The notes: generated by a model not told the origin, from the sequence alone. Shown: positions 38,329 through 45,841, counted from the stretch's first letter. The stretch: 54,077 bases of DNA from Verrucomicrobiota bacterium (GCA_049521735.1 JBEKON010000009.1:1-54077), one strand, 5' to 3'. A program made the numbers and translations.

Positions 38329-38386
38329 GCGCGGCTGCGACGTGGACAAGCCGAGAAATCTGGCCAAGAGCGTGACGGTGGAGTAA
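38329..38386 (+). repeat. Extra copy of the glmS 3' end
   Basis: gcgcggctgcgacgtggacaagccgagaaatctggccaagagcgtgacggtggagtaa equals 36510-36567 except for the stop codon (TGA versus TAA). Confidence 0.95.
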
Positions 38387-38420
38387 AAATAGTCCATTCA
38401 TTCGGTTAAACAAAAAGCTT

Positions 38421-39821
38421 ATGAAAACATTTCATGTCCCCGGTAAATTTATGGTTCTGTCTTTCCTGCTGCTTTCAGCCTTCGCCATCGAAGCGGCCAC
38501 CTCCACCGCGTTGTTCAACGTGCGCAACTACGGGGCCTTCGGTGACGGCAAGCATCTGGAAAACTTCGCCATCAACAGGGCCATCGCGGCCTGCGCCAAT
38601 GCCGGGGGCGGCACGGTCTATCTGCCGCCGGGGAAATATCTGTCCGGCACCATCGTGCTGAAGAGCCATGTCACTCTGGATTTGGACGCGGGCGCGACGA
38701 TTCTCGGCAGCGAGAACCCGGAAGATTACCCGACGCTCAAGGATCCCTGGGGCGGCGACCGGGCGGAAATATCCCCGTTGATTTACGCGGAAGATGCAGA
38801 AAACATCACTATTACTGGCCGTGGCACCATCAACGGCCAGGGACAGATTTGGTGGAAACGGCAATGGCTGGCGTTTCCCAAAAAAGGAATGCCCGAGGCG
38901 AAAACTCCCGAGGATTTTGACGAGGTGAAAAAGATTTCCCGCGGCCGGCCCCAGTTGATCCGGCTGGTGCGCTGCAACGACGTGGTGATCGAGCATTTGA
39001 ATTTGACGAATTCGCCGAGCTGGAACGTGCATCCGCTCTTTTGCGAATTCGTGCGCGTGGATGGCCTGACCATTTCCACGCCGGTGCCGTCGCCGAACAC
39101 GGACGGCATCAACCCGGAGAGCTGCCGGAACGTGCAAATCATCAACTGCCGCATTGATACCGGCGACGATTGCGTGACCTTGAAATCGGGCATCAATGAA
39201 ACGGGCCGACGCATGGGCCGGCCGGACGAGAACATCACAATCGCCAACTGCGTGATGAAGAAAGGCCACGGCGGCGTGACCATCGGCAGCGAGATGTCCG
39301 GCGGGGTGCACAATGTCACGGTGGCGAACTGCGTGTTTCAGGGCACGGACATCGGGATTCGCGTCAAGGCGCAGCGCGGTCGCGGCAACGTGGTGGAAGG
39401 CCTGACGGTGGCCAATGTCGTGATGCAGGACGTGCCGCATCCGTTCACCATCACGACGTTTTACCATGGCAGCGACCAGCCGGGTGATGTTTATCCCGTG
39501 GACGAGGGGACGCCGCGTTTCCGCGATTTTCTTTTCAGCAACATCACGGCCCGGGGCGCCAAGGACGCCGGCAGCATCACCGGCCTGCGCGAATTGCCCA
39601 TCGAGAACATCTCGTTCAGCAACGTTCACATCCAGGCCGCCAAAGGGTTCACCTGCACCAATGCCCGGGAAATCTCCTTCCTGGATGTGGTCATCAACAC
39701 CGACGAAGGCCCGGCCCTGATTCTGCGCAATGCCACGGGCATAGATTCCTCGCGCTTGCGGACCCAGACCCCGCACCAGGACGTTCCCTTGGTGGATTCC
39801 GACGCGTCGGCGAGCCAGTAG
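38421..39821 (+). CDS. Glycoside hydrolase family 28 (polygalacturonase-like)
   Basis: Signal peptide, FNVRNYGAFGDGK, then the GH28 catalytic motifs SPNTDGINP, TGDDCVTLKSG, KGHGGVTIGSE and GIRVKA. Confidence 0.85.
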   Translation: MKTFHVPGKFMVLSFLLLSAFAIEAATSTALFNVRNYGAFGDGKHLENFAINRAIAACANAGGGTVYLPPGKYLSGTIVLKSHVTLDLDAGATILGSENPEDYPTLKDPWGGDRAEISPLIYAEDAENITITGRGTINGQGQIWWKRQWLAFPKKGMPEAKTPEDFDEVKKISRGRPQLIRLVRCNDVVIEHLNLTNSPSWNVHPLFCEFVRVDGLTISTPVPSPNTDGINPESCRNVQIINCRIDTGDDCVTLKSGINETGRRMGRPDENITIANCVMKKGHGGVTIGSEMSGGVHNVTVANCVFQGTDIGIRVKAQRGRGNVVEGLTVANVVMQDVPHPFTITTFYHGSDQPGDVYPVDEGTPRFRDFLFSNITARGAKDAGSITGLRELPIENISFSNVHIQAAKGFTCTNAREISFLDVVINTDEGPALILRNATGIDSSRLRTQTPHQDVPLVDSDASASQ

Positions 39822-39927
39822 TTGTCCACGCCGCTTTGTCCGGGTGGAATCCCGCCTTCGCGGCTTGCTTCCGCCTTCATTGCATTTCGGCGTGACGAGT
39901 CGGCGTGGGCTGTGGCTAACTACCCGT

Positions 39928-40230
39928 ATGAACAAGTCCATGCCTTCGCTATTCCAGAGCGTGTGCCTGCGATTGGCGGATGATGTGACCTTTCAATCGC
40001 TGGGACCCGGTGAGGAAACGGTCGTGCTCTCGCTCAACTCCGGCTATCTATATACCTGCAATGAAACTACTGCCGCCTTTTTGCGGGGACTGGACGGCAA
40101 ACAATCACTGGCCGCGGTGATTGACTCGCTCTTTAACGAGTTTCAGGTTTCCCGGGCAACGTTGAGCAAGGACATGACGGCATTAGCAGCAAAGCTGCTG
40201 GAGGAGAAACTCCTCGTTGAAGAACCCTGA
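39928..40230 (+). CDS. PqqD-family RiPP recognition element (lasso B1-like)
   Basis: Internal Met of ORF 39844..40230. ..LADDVTFQSLGPGEETVVLSLNSGYLYTCNETTAAFLRGLDGKQSLAAVIDSLFNEFQVSRATLSKDMTALAAKLLEEKLL is the PqqD pattern. Confidence 0.8.
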   Translation: MNKSMPSLFQSVCLRLADDVTFQSLGPGEETVVLSLNSGYLYTCNETTAAFLRGLDGKQSLAAVIDSLFNEFQVSRATLSKDMTALAAKLLEEKLLVEEP

Positions 40231-40648
40231 ACATACATTTTACGCAGGCCGGCTGCTGTTGCGCGGGCATATCTGGCTGCTGGCAACGCTGATTCCGTTG
40301 CTGGAAAAAATCCTCCCCTTAAAATACTTATTGCGTCTGTTGACACCGCCGCCACGTTTCAAACCCTATGGCGGCATGCTCCCGGAAGAAATCTCCCGGT
40401 GGGTTGCCCACCGATTGCGTCAGCCGCGAAATATGCGCCGGCGCGCCTGCCTGCGGCATGGGCTGACTTTGTTCCACTTCCTAAGGCTGGCGGGCTGCCC
40501 GGCGGTTCTGCACATTGGAGTTTTCCCGCCGCAGTTTGACAGTCGGCGGATGCACGCGCATTGCTGGGTGACCCTCAACGGCGTCTGTTTGATCCCGCCG
40601 CCCGAACAGCCGGCAGCAACTCTCCTGACTTACTGCCCGGCGGAATAA
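40217..40648 (+). CDS. Lasso-peptide B2-type leader protease (transglutaminase-core cysteine protease)
   Basis: 143 aa with a TTG start overlapping the PqqD gene by 14 nt. RRACLRHGLTLFHFLRLAGCPAVLHIGV.......MHAHCWV fits the B2 Cys...His pattern. Confidence 0.8.
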   Translation: MKNPEHTFYAGRLLLRGHIWLLATLIPLLEKILPLKYLLRLLTPPPRFKPYGGMLPEEISRWVAHRLRQPRNMRRRACLRHGLTLFHFLRLAGCPAVLHIGVFPPQFDSRRMHAHCWVTLNGVCLIPPPEQPAATLLTYCPAE

Positions 40649-40766
40649 CATGCGGCAAGAATTGGTACTATGAGCAAATGGTTTGACAGATGCCTGTCAA
40701 ATTGGGACAACACGCACAATTGGATTGGGATTCGAAATTGGCCATCTAAGAACAAGTTTTAATCGT

Positions 40767-40904
40767 GTGAAAACATCAAAAAAACAAACCTTGCCGGAAA
40801 ACAAGAAACAGAAACGCGATTACGTCAAACCGGAGATCAAAAAGCGCGAACAGATCAAGGAAGTCACAGAACAACAAGGCCCCGGGCCCGTCACTGTGGA
40901 GTAG
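40767..40904 (+). CDS. RiPP precursor 1 (leader + core QQGPGPVTVE)
   Basis: GTG start. (M)KTSKKQTLPENKKQKRDYVKPEIKKREQIKEVTE|QQGPGPVTVE. It is the 3' part of track ORF 40683..40904. Confidence 0.7.
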   Translation: MKTSKKQTLPENKKQKRDYVKPEIKKREQIKEVTEQQGPGPVTVE

Positions 40905-40913
40905 AAATGTCAT

Positions 40914-41045
40914 ATGAAAACATCAAAAAAACAAACCCCGCCGGAAAACAAGAAACAGAAACGCGACTACGTTAAACCGGAGATCAAAAAGCGCGAACAA
41001 ATCAAGGAAATCACAGAACAACCAACCCCCGGAACCGTCTTTTGA
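40914..41045 (+). CDS. RiPP precursor 2 (core QPTPGTVF)
   Basis: Own translation: MKTSKKQTPPENKKQKRDYVKPEIKKREQIKEITE|QPTPGTVF*. 43 aa, below the track cutoff. Confidence 0.7.
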   Translation: MKTSKKQTPPENKKQKRDYVKPEIKKREQIKEITEQPTPGTVF

Positions 41046-41059
41046 CATCGAAATACCAT

Positions 41060-41527
41060 ATGAAAACATCAAAAAAACAAACCCCGCCGGAAAACAAGAA
41101 ACAGAAACGCGACTACGCCCCGCCGGAGATCAAAAAGCGCGAACAAATCAAGGAAACCACGGAAGGCACGCCTCCGGTCATCACGCCAGTACTCATATCG
41201 GATCGCAACGCCAAGAAAAACTTCCAATCAGTGGATACCGTGGCCGTGCTGGAAAAGCTGGCTGCCATTCCCGTTGAACGGTGGAATTACAAATGGGAGA
41301 AGGACGGCGATGTGCCGCATCTTGGCCCGATGGCGCAGGATTTCAAAGGCGCGTTTTATCCCGGTCGCGATGACAAGAGCATCAGCACCTTGGAATTCCA
41401 TGGCGTGGAACTGGCGGCGATCCAGGGGTTGAATCAGAAACTGGAAGAAAAGGATGCGGAAATTCAGGCGCTCAAGCAGAGTGTTGCCGAACTCAAACAA
41501 CTGGTTTCGCAGTTGACCCAAAATTAA
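41060..41527 (+). CDS. RiPP precursor 3 fused to a peptidase-S74 intramolecular-chaperone (self-cleaving) domain
   Basis: MKTSKKQTPPENKKQKRDYAPPEIKKREQIKETTE|GTPPVITPVLI|SDRNAKKNFQSVDTVAVLEKLAAIPVERWNYKW....HLGPMAQDFKGAF...LAAIQGLNQKLEEKDAEIQALK. The tail matches the SDxxxK..I...W.YK..GxIAQ.. coiled-coil S74 pattern. Confidence 0.75.
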   Translation: MKTSKKQTPPENKKQKRDYAPPEIKKREQIKETTEGTPPVITPVLISDRNAKKNFQSVDTVAVLEKLAAIPVERWNYKWEKDGDVPHLGPMAQDFKGAFYPGRDDKSISTLEFHGVELAAIQGLNQKLEEKDAEIQALKQSVAELKQLVSQLTQN

Positions 41528-41532
41528 ATTGT

Positions 41533-41670
41533 ATGAAAACATCAAAAAAAGAAACCCTGCCAGAGAATAAAAGGCGGAAGCGGGACTACGCCCAGCCGGA
41601 GATTAAAAAGCGCGAACAGATCAAGGAAGTGACGGAAGGCGGTGGCCCGGTTGTCACAACAAAGGACTGA
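41533..41670 (+). CDS. RiPP precursor 4 (core GGGPVVTTKD)
   Basis: Own translation: MKTSKKETLPENKRRKRDYAQPEIKKREQIKEVTE|GGGPVVTTKD*. Confidence 0.7.
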   Translation: MKTSKKETLPENKRRKRDYAQPEIKKREQIKEVTEGGGPVVTTKD

Positions 41671-41675
41671 ATATA

Positions 41676-41819
41676 ATGAAAACGCCGAAAGAACAAACCC
41701 AGCCGGAGACCGAGAAACAGAAGCGCGACTACGTCAAACCGGACATCAAAAAACGCGAACAAATCAGGGAAGTCACGGAAGGCGACGAAGTGTTTGTCAC
41801 AACAGAGACCAAAAGATAA
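41676..41819 (+). CDS. RiPP precursor 5 (core GDEVFVTTETKR)
   Basis: Own translation: MKTPKEQTQPETEKQKRDYVKPDIKKREQIREVTE|GDEVFVTTETKR*. Confidence 0.7.
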   Translation: MKTPKEQTQPETEKQKRDYVKPDIKKREQIREVTEGDEVFVTTETKR

Positions 41820-41956
41820 TGAAAACATCGGAAAATCAAACCCCGACGGAAAACAAGGAACAGAAGCGCAACTACGTCCAGCCGGAGATCAAAAAGCGCG
41901 AACAGATCAAGGAAATCACGGAAGGCCCGGGCCCAGTCGTCACTGCTACAGGGTAG
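41819..41956 (+). CDS. RiPP precursor 6 (core GPGPVVTATG)
   Basis: The ATG overlaps the stop of precursor 5 (TAATG). MKTSENQTPTENKEQKRNYVQPEIKKREQIKEITE|GPGPVVTATG*. It is the 3' part of track ORF 41642..41956. Confidence 0.7.
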   Translation: MKTSENQTPTENKEQKRNYVQPEIKKREQIKEITEGPGPVVTATG

Positions 41957-41965
41957 AAATATCAT

Positions 41966-42103
41966 ATGAAAACATCCAAAGAACAAACCCAGCCGGAAAT
42001 CAAGAAACAGAAACGCGACTACGCCCCGCCGGAGATCAAAAAGCGCGAACAGATCAAGGAAGTCACAGAATTCCCCTTATTGATCGTTACTCCCGAGAAG
42101 TAA
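41966..42103 (+). CDS. RiPP precursor 7 (core FPLLIVTPEK)
   Basis: Own translation: MKTSKEQTQPEIKKQKRDYAPPEIKKREQIKEVTE|FPLLIVTPEK*. Confidence 0.7.
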   Translation: MKTSKEQTQPEIKKQKRDYAPPEIKKREQIKEVTEFPLLIVTPEK

Positions 42104-42112
42104 AAATACTTC

Positions 42113-42256
42113 ATGAAAACATCCAAAAAACAAACCCAGCCGGAAAACAAGGAACAGAAACGCGACTACGCCCCGCCGGAGATCAAAAAGCGCGAACAAA
42201 TCCGGGAAGTGACGGAAGGCAGTGGCCCAAGCGTCACAACCAAACCGCCGCCGTAA
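42113..42256 (+). CDS. RiPP precursor 8 (core GSGPSVTTKPPP)
   Basis: Own translation: MKTSKKQTQPENKEQKRDYAPPEIKKREQIREVTE|GSGPSVTTKPPP*. Confidence 0.7.
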   Translation: MKTSKKQTQPENKEQKRDYAPPEIKKREQIREVTEGSGPSVTTKPPP

Positions 42257-42381
42257 AGACTTGCAAGCGGTCAACAAAAGACGCTTGTCAGAGCCGTTAG
42301 ATTTCCATCCTTGAGTAGCCGGCTGGTTGCAGCCGGCAAAAACGTTGTTTTCTCGTTCTTGTTTATCCCCTCGAATCAACC

Positions 42382-43371
42382 ATGAGTCCGGCGAAAACAC
42401 ATTACGACTTGCACGGCATGCGAATGACGGTGGAAGCGCCGAGTCAATCGCTGCTGGATGTGATTCATGTGCTTCTGGGCGCTTACGCAGATTCCGGCAA
42501 CGGTGCGGACGGATTCCATGTGAGTCTGGATTACGGGCAGCCACGGCAAAAAGCCGACCCGGGTTTGCATAAATTTTGGACGGGCACACTGCCCAGTGGC
42601 ACCCGGATGATTTGCCGCAGTGGTCCGAACCGGCGGCAGATTGAGATACCGGACCATGTCTGCGCTGACATTGATCTGGCCAAACGCATTGCCAGGATCG
42701 TTGTGAGTCCAGACAACAAAGCCGGCCTGCTGGAAACCTGTTTCCTGCCGTTGCTATGCGATTGTCTCGGGTTGAACGGCCATCATGTGATCCATGCCGC
42801 CAGTCTGTTCGTTCAGGCCGGTGGCCAGCGACGTGCGCTCATCTTCTCGGGCATGAGCGGTCGCGGAAAAACCACACTGGCGCTGGCACTGGCCGGGGCG
42901 GGTCTGGGCATGCTGGCTGACGACATGACTTTTTACCAGGCCGCGACCGCGAACCGGCCGGGACAAATCTGGGGAATCCGAATCCGCTGCAAGGTGCATT
43001 CACGAACGCTTGAGTTGCTCCCCTGGCTGCAAGATTTTCCCATGGGCAGCGTCAGTTCGAATGGCGAGCGGCTTCTGGATATACGGTCATTGAAACCACA
43101 GACAGCCGGTCTGATGGCATCACCGGGATTGATCCTTTTTCTGAATCCGCGAAATGCGGAGTCCCACCAGATTGAGCCGGTGGACAAGGTCACGGCGCTG
43201 ACACGATTGACTCGGGAAAACGTCCGGGCGCTCGATCAGCGCCGCGAGGCCGTGGCAGGCCGGGCCTTTGGAGCGCTGGCGGAGTTGGTGCGTTCCAGCC
43301 GGACTTTCCAAGTCAGCCTCTGCCCGCGTCTGGAAGAATTGCCAGAGCAACTCGCTTCCCTGTGGTCATGA
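42382..43371 (+). CDS. HPr-kinase-like P-loop protein (lasso-cluster-type peptide kinase homologue)
   Basis: HVIHAASLFVQAGGQRRALIFSGMSGRGKTTLALALAGAGLGMLADDMTF matches the HAsav..G.a.lf.G.SG.GKSTLA....G...L.DD pattern of HPrK-related kinases. Confidence 0.7.
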   Translation: MSPAKTHYDLHGMRMTVEAPSQSLLDVIHVLLGAYADSGNGADGFHVSLDYGQPRQKADPGLHKFWTGTLPSGTRMICRSGPNRRQIEIPDHVCADIDLAKRIARIVVSPDNKAGLLETCFLPLLCDCLGLNGHHVIHAASLFVQAGGQRRALIFSGMSGRGKTTLALALAGAGLGMLADDMTFYQAATANRPGQIWGIRIRCKVHSRTLELLPWLQDFPMGSVSSNGERLLDIRSLKPQTAGLMASPGLILFLNPRNAESHQIEPVDKVTALTRLTRENVRALDQRREAVAGRAFGALAELVRSSRTFQVSLCPRLEELPEQLASLWS

Positions 43372-44381
43372 TGTTCCTGAACCAAACCCATTCCCTGCTC
43401 CTGGCGCTGGCGGATCCCCGCGGCCCGGCTGACGCCATTGATTTTGCTCCACCGGCGCCGGTGAAGCTGCGGCGGCTGCTGGAATTGGCGGATCAGCATG
43501 GCGTGCTGGCCATCGTCATGGAAAATCTCAAACAGTTGATAAGCCGGGAAAACGGACAATGGCATTCCTTTCAGCCGGACCCGGCCGTGTGGGAGTGGAC
43601 ACGGCAACGAATGCGGCAGCGGACAGGAATGTCACTCGTGCTGCGCGGGCAGGTCATGGAAATCATCACTCGCATGCAAAAAGCGGGATTGCCGGCAGTC
43701 ATCCTGAAGGGTTGCGATTTTGCCGATCGGCTTTATCCGCATCCGTCGTTGCGCCCGTTCACCGATGTGGACCTGCTGATTCCACAACGGATTCTCCCCG
43801 AAACCCGGCAGGTGTTCAAAGAATTGGGTTATAAGCCGGTCGAGGTGCAAATGAAGCATCAAACCGGTTACGGCGAGGAAAGCTGGCGTCATCCCAATCG
43901 CTCCGGCGGCACGGTGGAGATTCATTGGAACCTGGTGAATTCGCCGTCGCTGCGGCGCGCATTGTCCGTAACGTATGATGACCTGCAACTTGAGACGCAT
44001 CAGAACCAGCCACGCCCCAGCGCTACGGCCACGTTGTTGATCGCGGCGGTGCATGGTGTGGCCAGTCACGGCGTTGACCGGTTGCAAGTGCTTGGCGATG
44101 TGGTCCAGGCTGTTCGCGGGACAGCTGGAACGCTGGACGAAGCCTGGCTTGCTCAAGCCGTTCCCCAAACCGGGACAGACCGTGCACTGGCAACGGCGCT
44201 GGCATTGGCCTATAAAGTGTATGGGGAACCAAACTGTGTGAACCTGATGAAACGCTTGGGGATTGAGCGCCGGGCCTGGCCGGGCAATCTGTTGCTGACC
44301 CGCGGTGTCGTGCTGCGCGCCCACGCTTCGCGCGATTCGTTCCGCCGACAGTTGTTGCGGGAATTGTTAAAACACAAATGA
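43368..44381 (+). CDS. Uncharacterised nucleotidyltransferase family protein (PF14907-like)
   Basis: ..LLELADQHGVLAIV...L.., AGLPAVILKGCDFADRLYPHPSLRPFTDVDLLIPQ. The ATG at 43368 overlaps the kinase stop (ATGA). Confidence 0.7.
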   Translation: MMFLNQTHSLLLALADPRGPADAIDFAPPAPVKLRRLLELADQHGVLAIVMENLKQLISRENGQWHSFQPDPAVWEWTRQRMRQRTGMSLVLRGQVMEIITRMQKAGLPAVILKGCDFADRLYPHPSLRPFTDVDLLIPQRILPETRQVFKELGYKPVEVQMKHQTGYGEESWRHPNRSGGTVEIHWNLVNSPSLRRALSVTYDDLQLETHQNQPRPSATATLLIAAVHGVASHGVDRLQVLGDVVQAVRGTAGTLDEAWLAQAVPQTGTDRALATALALAYKVYGEPNCVNLMKRLGIERRAWPGNLLLTRGVVLRAHASRDSFRRQLLRELLKHK

Positions 44382-45841
44382 ACGTCCTGCTCGTTTATCC
44401 CGCGCCACCGCCTTCGGCCTGGCCCAAGGGCGCTTTTCGTTCCCGCTGGATTCCGTCCGGGCTGGCCTGCATTGCCACCGTGCTGCGCCGGGGCGGGCAT
44501 CGGGTTAAAATCCATCTCTGCGAAGAAACACTGGAACTGAATCATTATGCCCGGGCTGCAGCCCGGGCATCGCTCCAGGCGCAGATGCGGGATTTTCGGC
44601 CCGAGATTGTGGGCTTGTCACTCGTCACCTCCGGTGTGCCCGAGGGTGCAATCGTGGCGGAAGATGCCAAGACATTGCTGGGTCCGCAGACACTGGTGGT
44701 GGCCGGCGGACCGCATCCGACCGTCCTTTCCGAAGAACTGCTGGCTGGTTGCCCGGCCATTGACGCAGCCGTCATCGGCGAAGGCGAACTGACCATGCTG
44801 GAGCTGGCCGATCATGGCCTCTCGCCATCCGTCAGCGGAATCGTGTTGCGCCGCAACGGGACGCTGATGCGCACGCCTCCACGCGCGGCGGTGAAAGACC
44901 TCGACAGCTTGGGGCCTCCCGCCTACGACCTGTTCAACGTGAAACATTTCACGGCGCCAAGCCGGTGGTTGATTCGGTTTCTGAAACTCCCGGCCACCAA
45001 TCTCCGCACGAGCCGCGGCTGTTCTCATCGCTGCAGCTTCTGCGCCGGCCACCTCGTCGCCGGACTGGGCGTGCGCTATCATTCCATCGAATACGTCCTT
45101 GACCAGATGCGCCACGCCGCGACACGCCTCGGCGCAACAGCCATTCGTTTTGAGGACGACACTGTCGGGGCGGATCGTGGAAGATTGTTGGAATTATGCG
45201 CGGCCATCCGCCGGGCCGGTTTGCACAAGCAGCTGAAATGGGAGGCGTGCCTCCGGGTCAATCAGGCCGACGCCGAAATACTAGCCGAGATGAAGGCCGC
45301 CGGCTGCATCCAGGTTGAATACGGTTTTGAAAGCGGCTCGACGGAGTCGCTGCGGCGGCTTGGCAAACAGACGGACATCGAGTTGAACCGGCGCGCCGTT
45401 GAACTGACACGGCGGGCGGGCTTGCGCATTTTCGCGGACATCATGGTGGGTTTGCCAGGCGAGACTCCCGAAGATTTGAAAGCCACAGTGCGGTTCCTGC
45501 GCTGGGCCCGGCCTGAAATTATTTCCGCAGCACGGCTTTGTCCGTTGCCGGGAACACCCATTTACAACAACCTTGATCCCGCCGTGCGGTCAAAGATCGG
45601 TTGGGAAGATTTCAGTTATCCGGACAGCCAGGTGAATCCGGTAAATTTGACAGCCATGCCCGACCGGCAAATCAATGAATTATACCGGAAGTTCATGAAA
45701 TATTCCATTCGTCCGCAAATGACATGGGCATTGCTCCGGGACACACCCGCCGCCGAGCGCCGAAAGCAGTGGCCAATGTGCAAAAACCTGGCCCGATTCG
45801 TCCTGCGCCATCCGCTTAAAGCCATGCGGGTGCCGTGGTAG
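44378..45841 (+). CDS. B12-binding-domain radical SAM enzyme (class B rSAM)
   Basis: N-terminal cobalamin-binding Rossmann region (VLLVYP...GLACIATVLRRGGHRVKI..IVGLSL..VVAGGPHPT) and a CxxxCxxC cluster (SRGCSHRCSFCAG). The ATG overlaps the previous stop (ATGA). Confidence 0.85.
   Translation: MNVLLVYPAPPPSAWPKGAFRSRWIPSGLACIATVLRRGGHRVKIHLCEETLELNHYARAAARASLQAQMRDFRPEIVGLSLVTSGVPEGAIVAEDAKTLLGPQTLVVAGGPHPTVLSEELLAGCPAIDAAVIGEGELTMLELADHGLSPSVSGIVLRRNGTLMRTPPRAAVKDLDSLGPPAYDLFNVKHFTAPSRWLIRFLKLPATNLRTSRGCSHRCSFCAGHLVAGLGVRYHSIEYVLDQMRHAATRLGATAIRFEDDTVGADRGRLLELCAAIRRAGLHKQLKWEACLRVNQADAEILAEMKAAGCIQVEYGFESGSTESLRRLGKQTDIELNRRAVELTRRAGLRIFADIMVGLPGETPEDLKATVRFLRWARPEIISAARLCPLPGTPIYNNLDPAVRSKIGWEDFSYPDSQVNPVNLTAMPDRQINELYRKFMKYSIRPQMTWALLRDTPAAERRKQWPMCKNLARFVLRHPLKAMRVPW

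Noticed and set aside
36568-38386. A Tn7-like insertion at attTn7 downstream of glmS.
   Set aside because: No tnsABCD-like genes and no Tn7 end repeats were seen. The duplication is 58 bp of glmS coding end rather than a 5-bp target-site duplication.
40683-42300. A regular ~140-150-nt periodic repeat that could be mistaken for a CRISPR array or a non-coding tandem repeat.
   Set aside because: The conserved unit is ~105 nt and the variable part ~25-40 nt, the wrong proportions for CRISPR. Every unit keeps an open frame with a start and stop, encoding leader + core. No cas genes are present.
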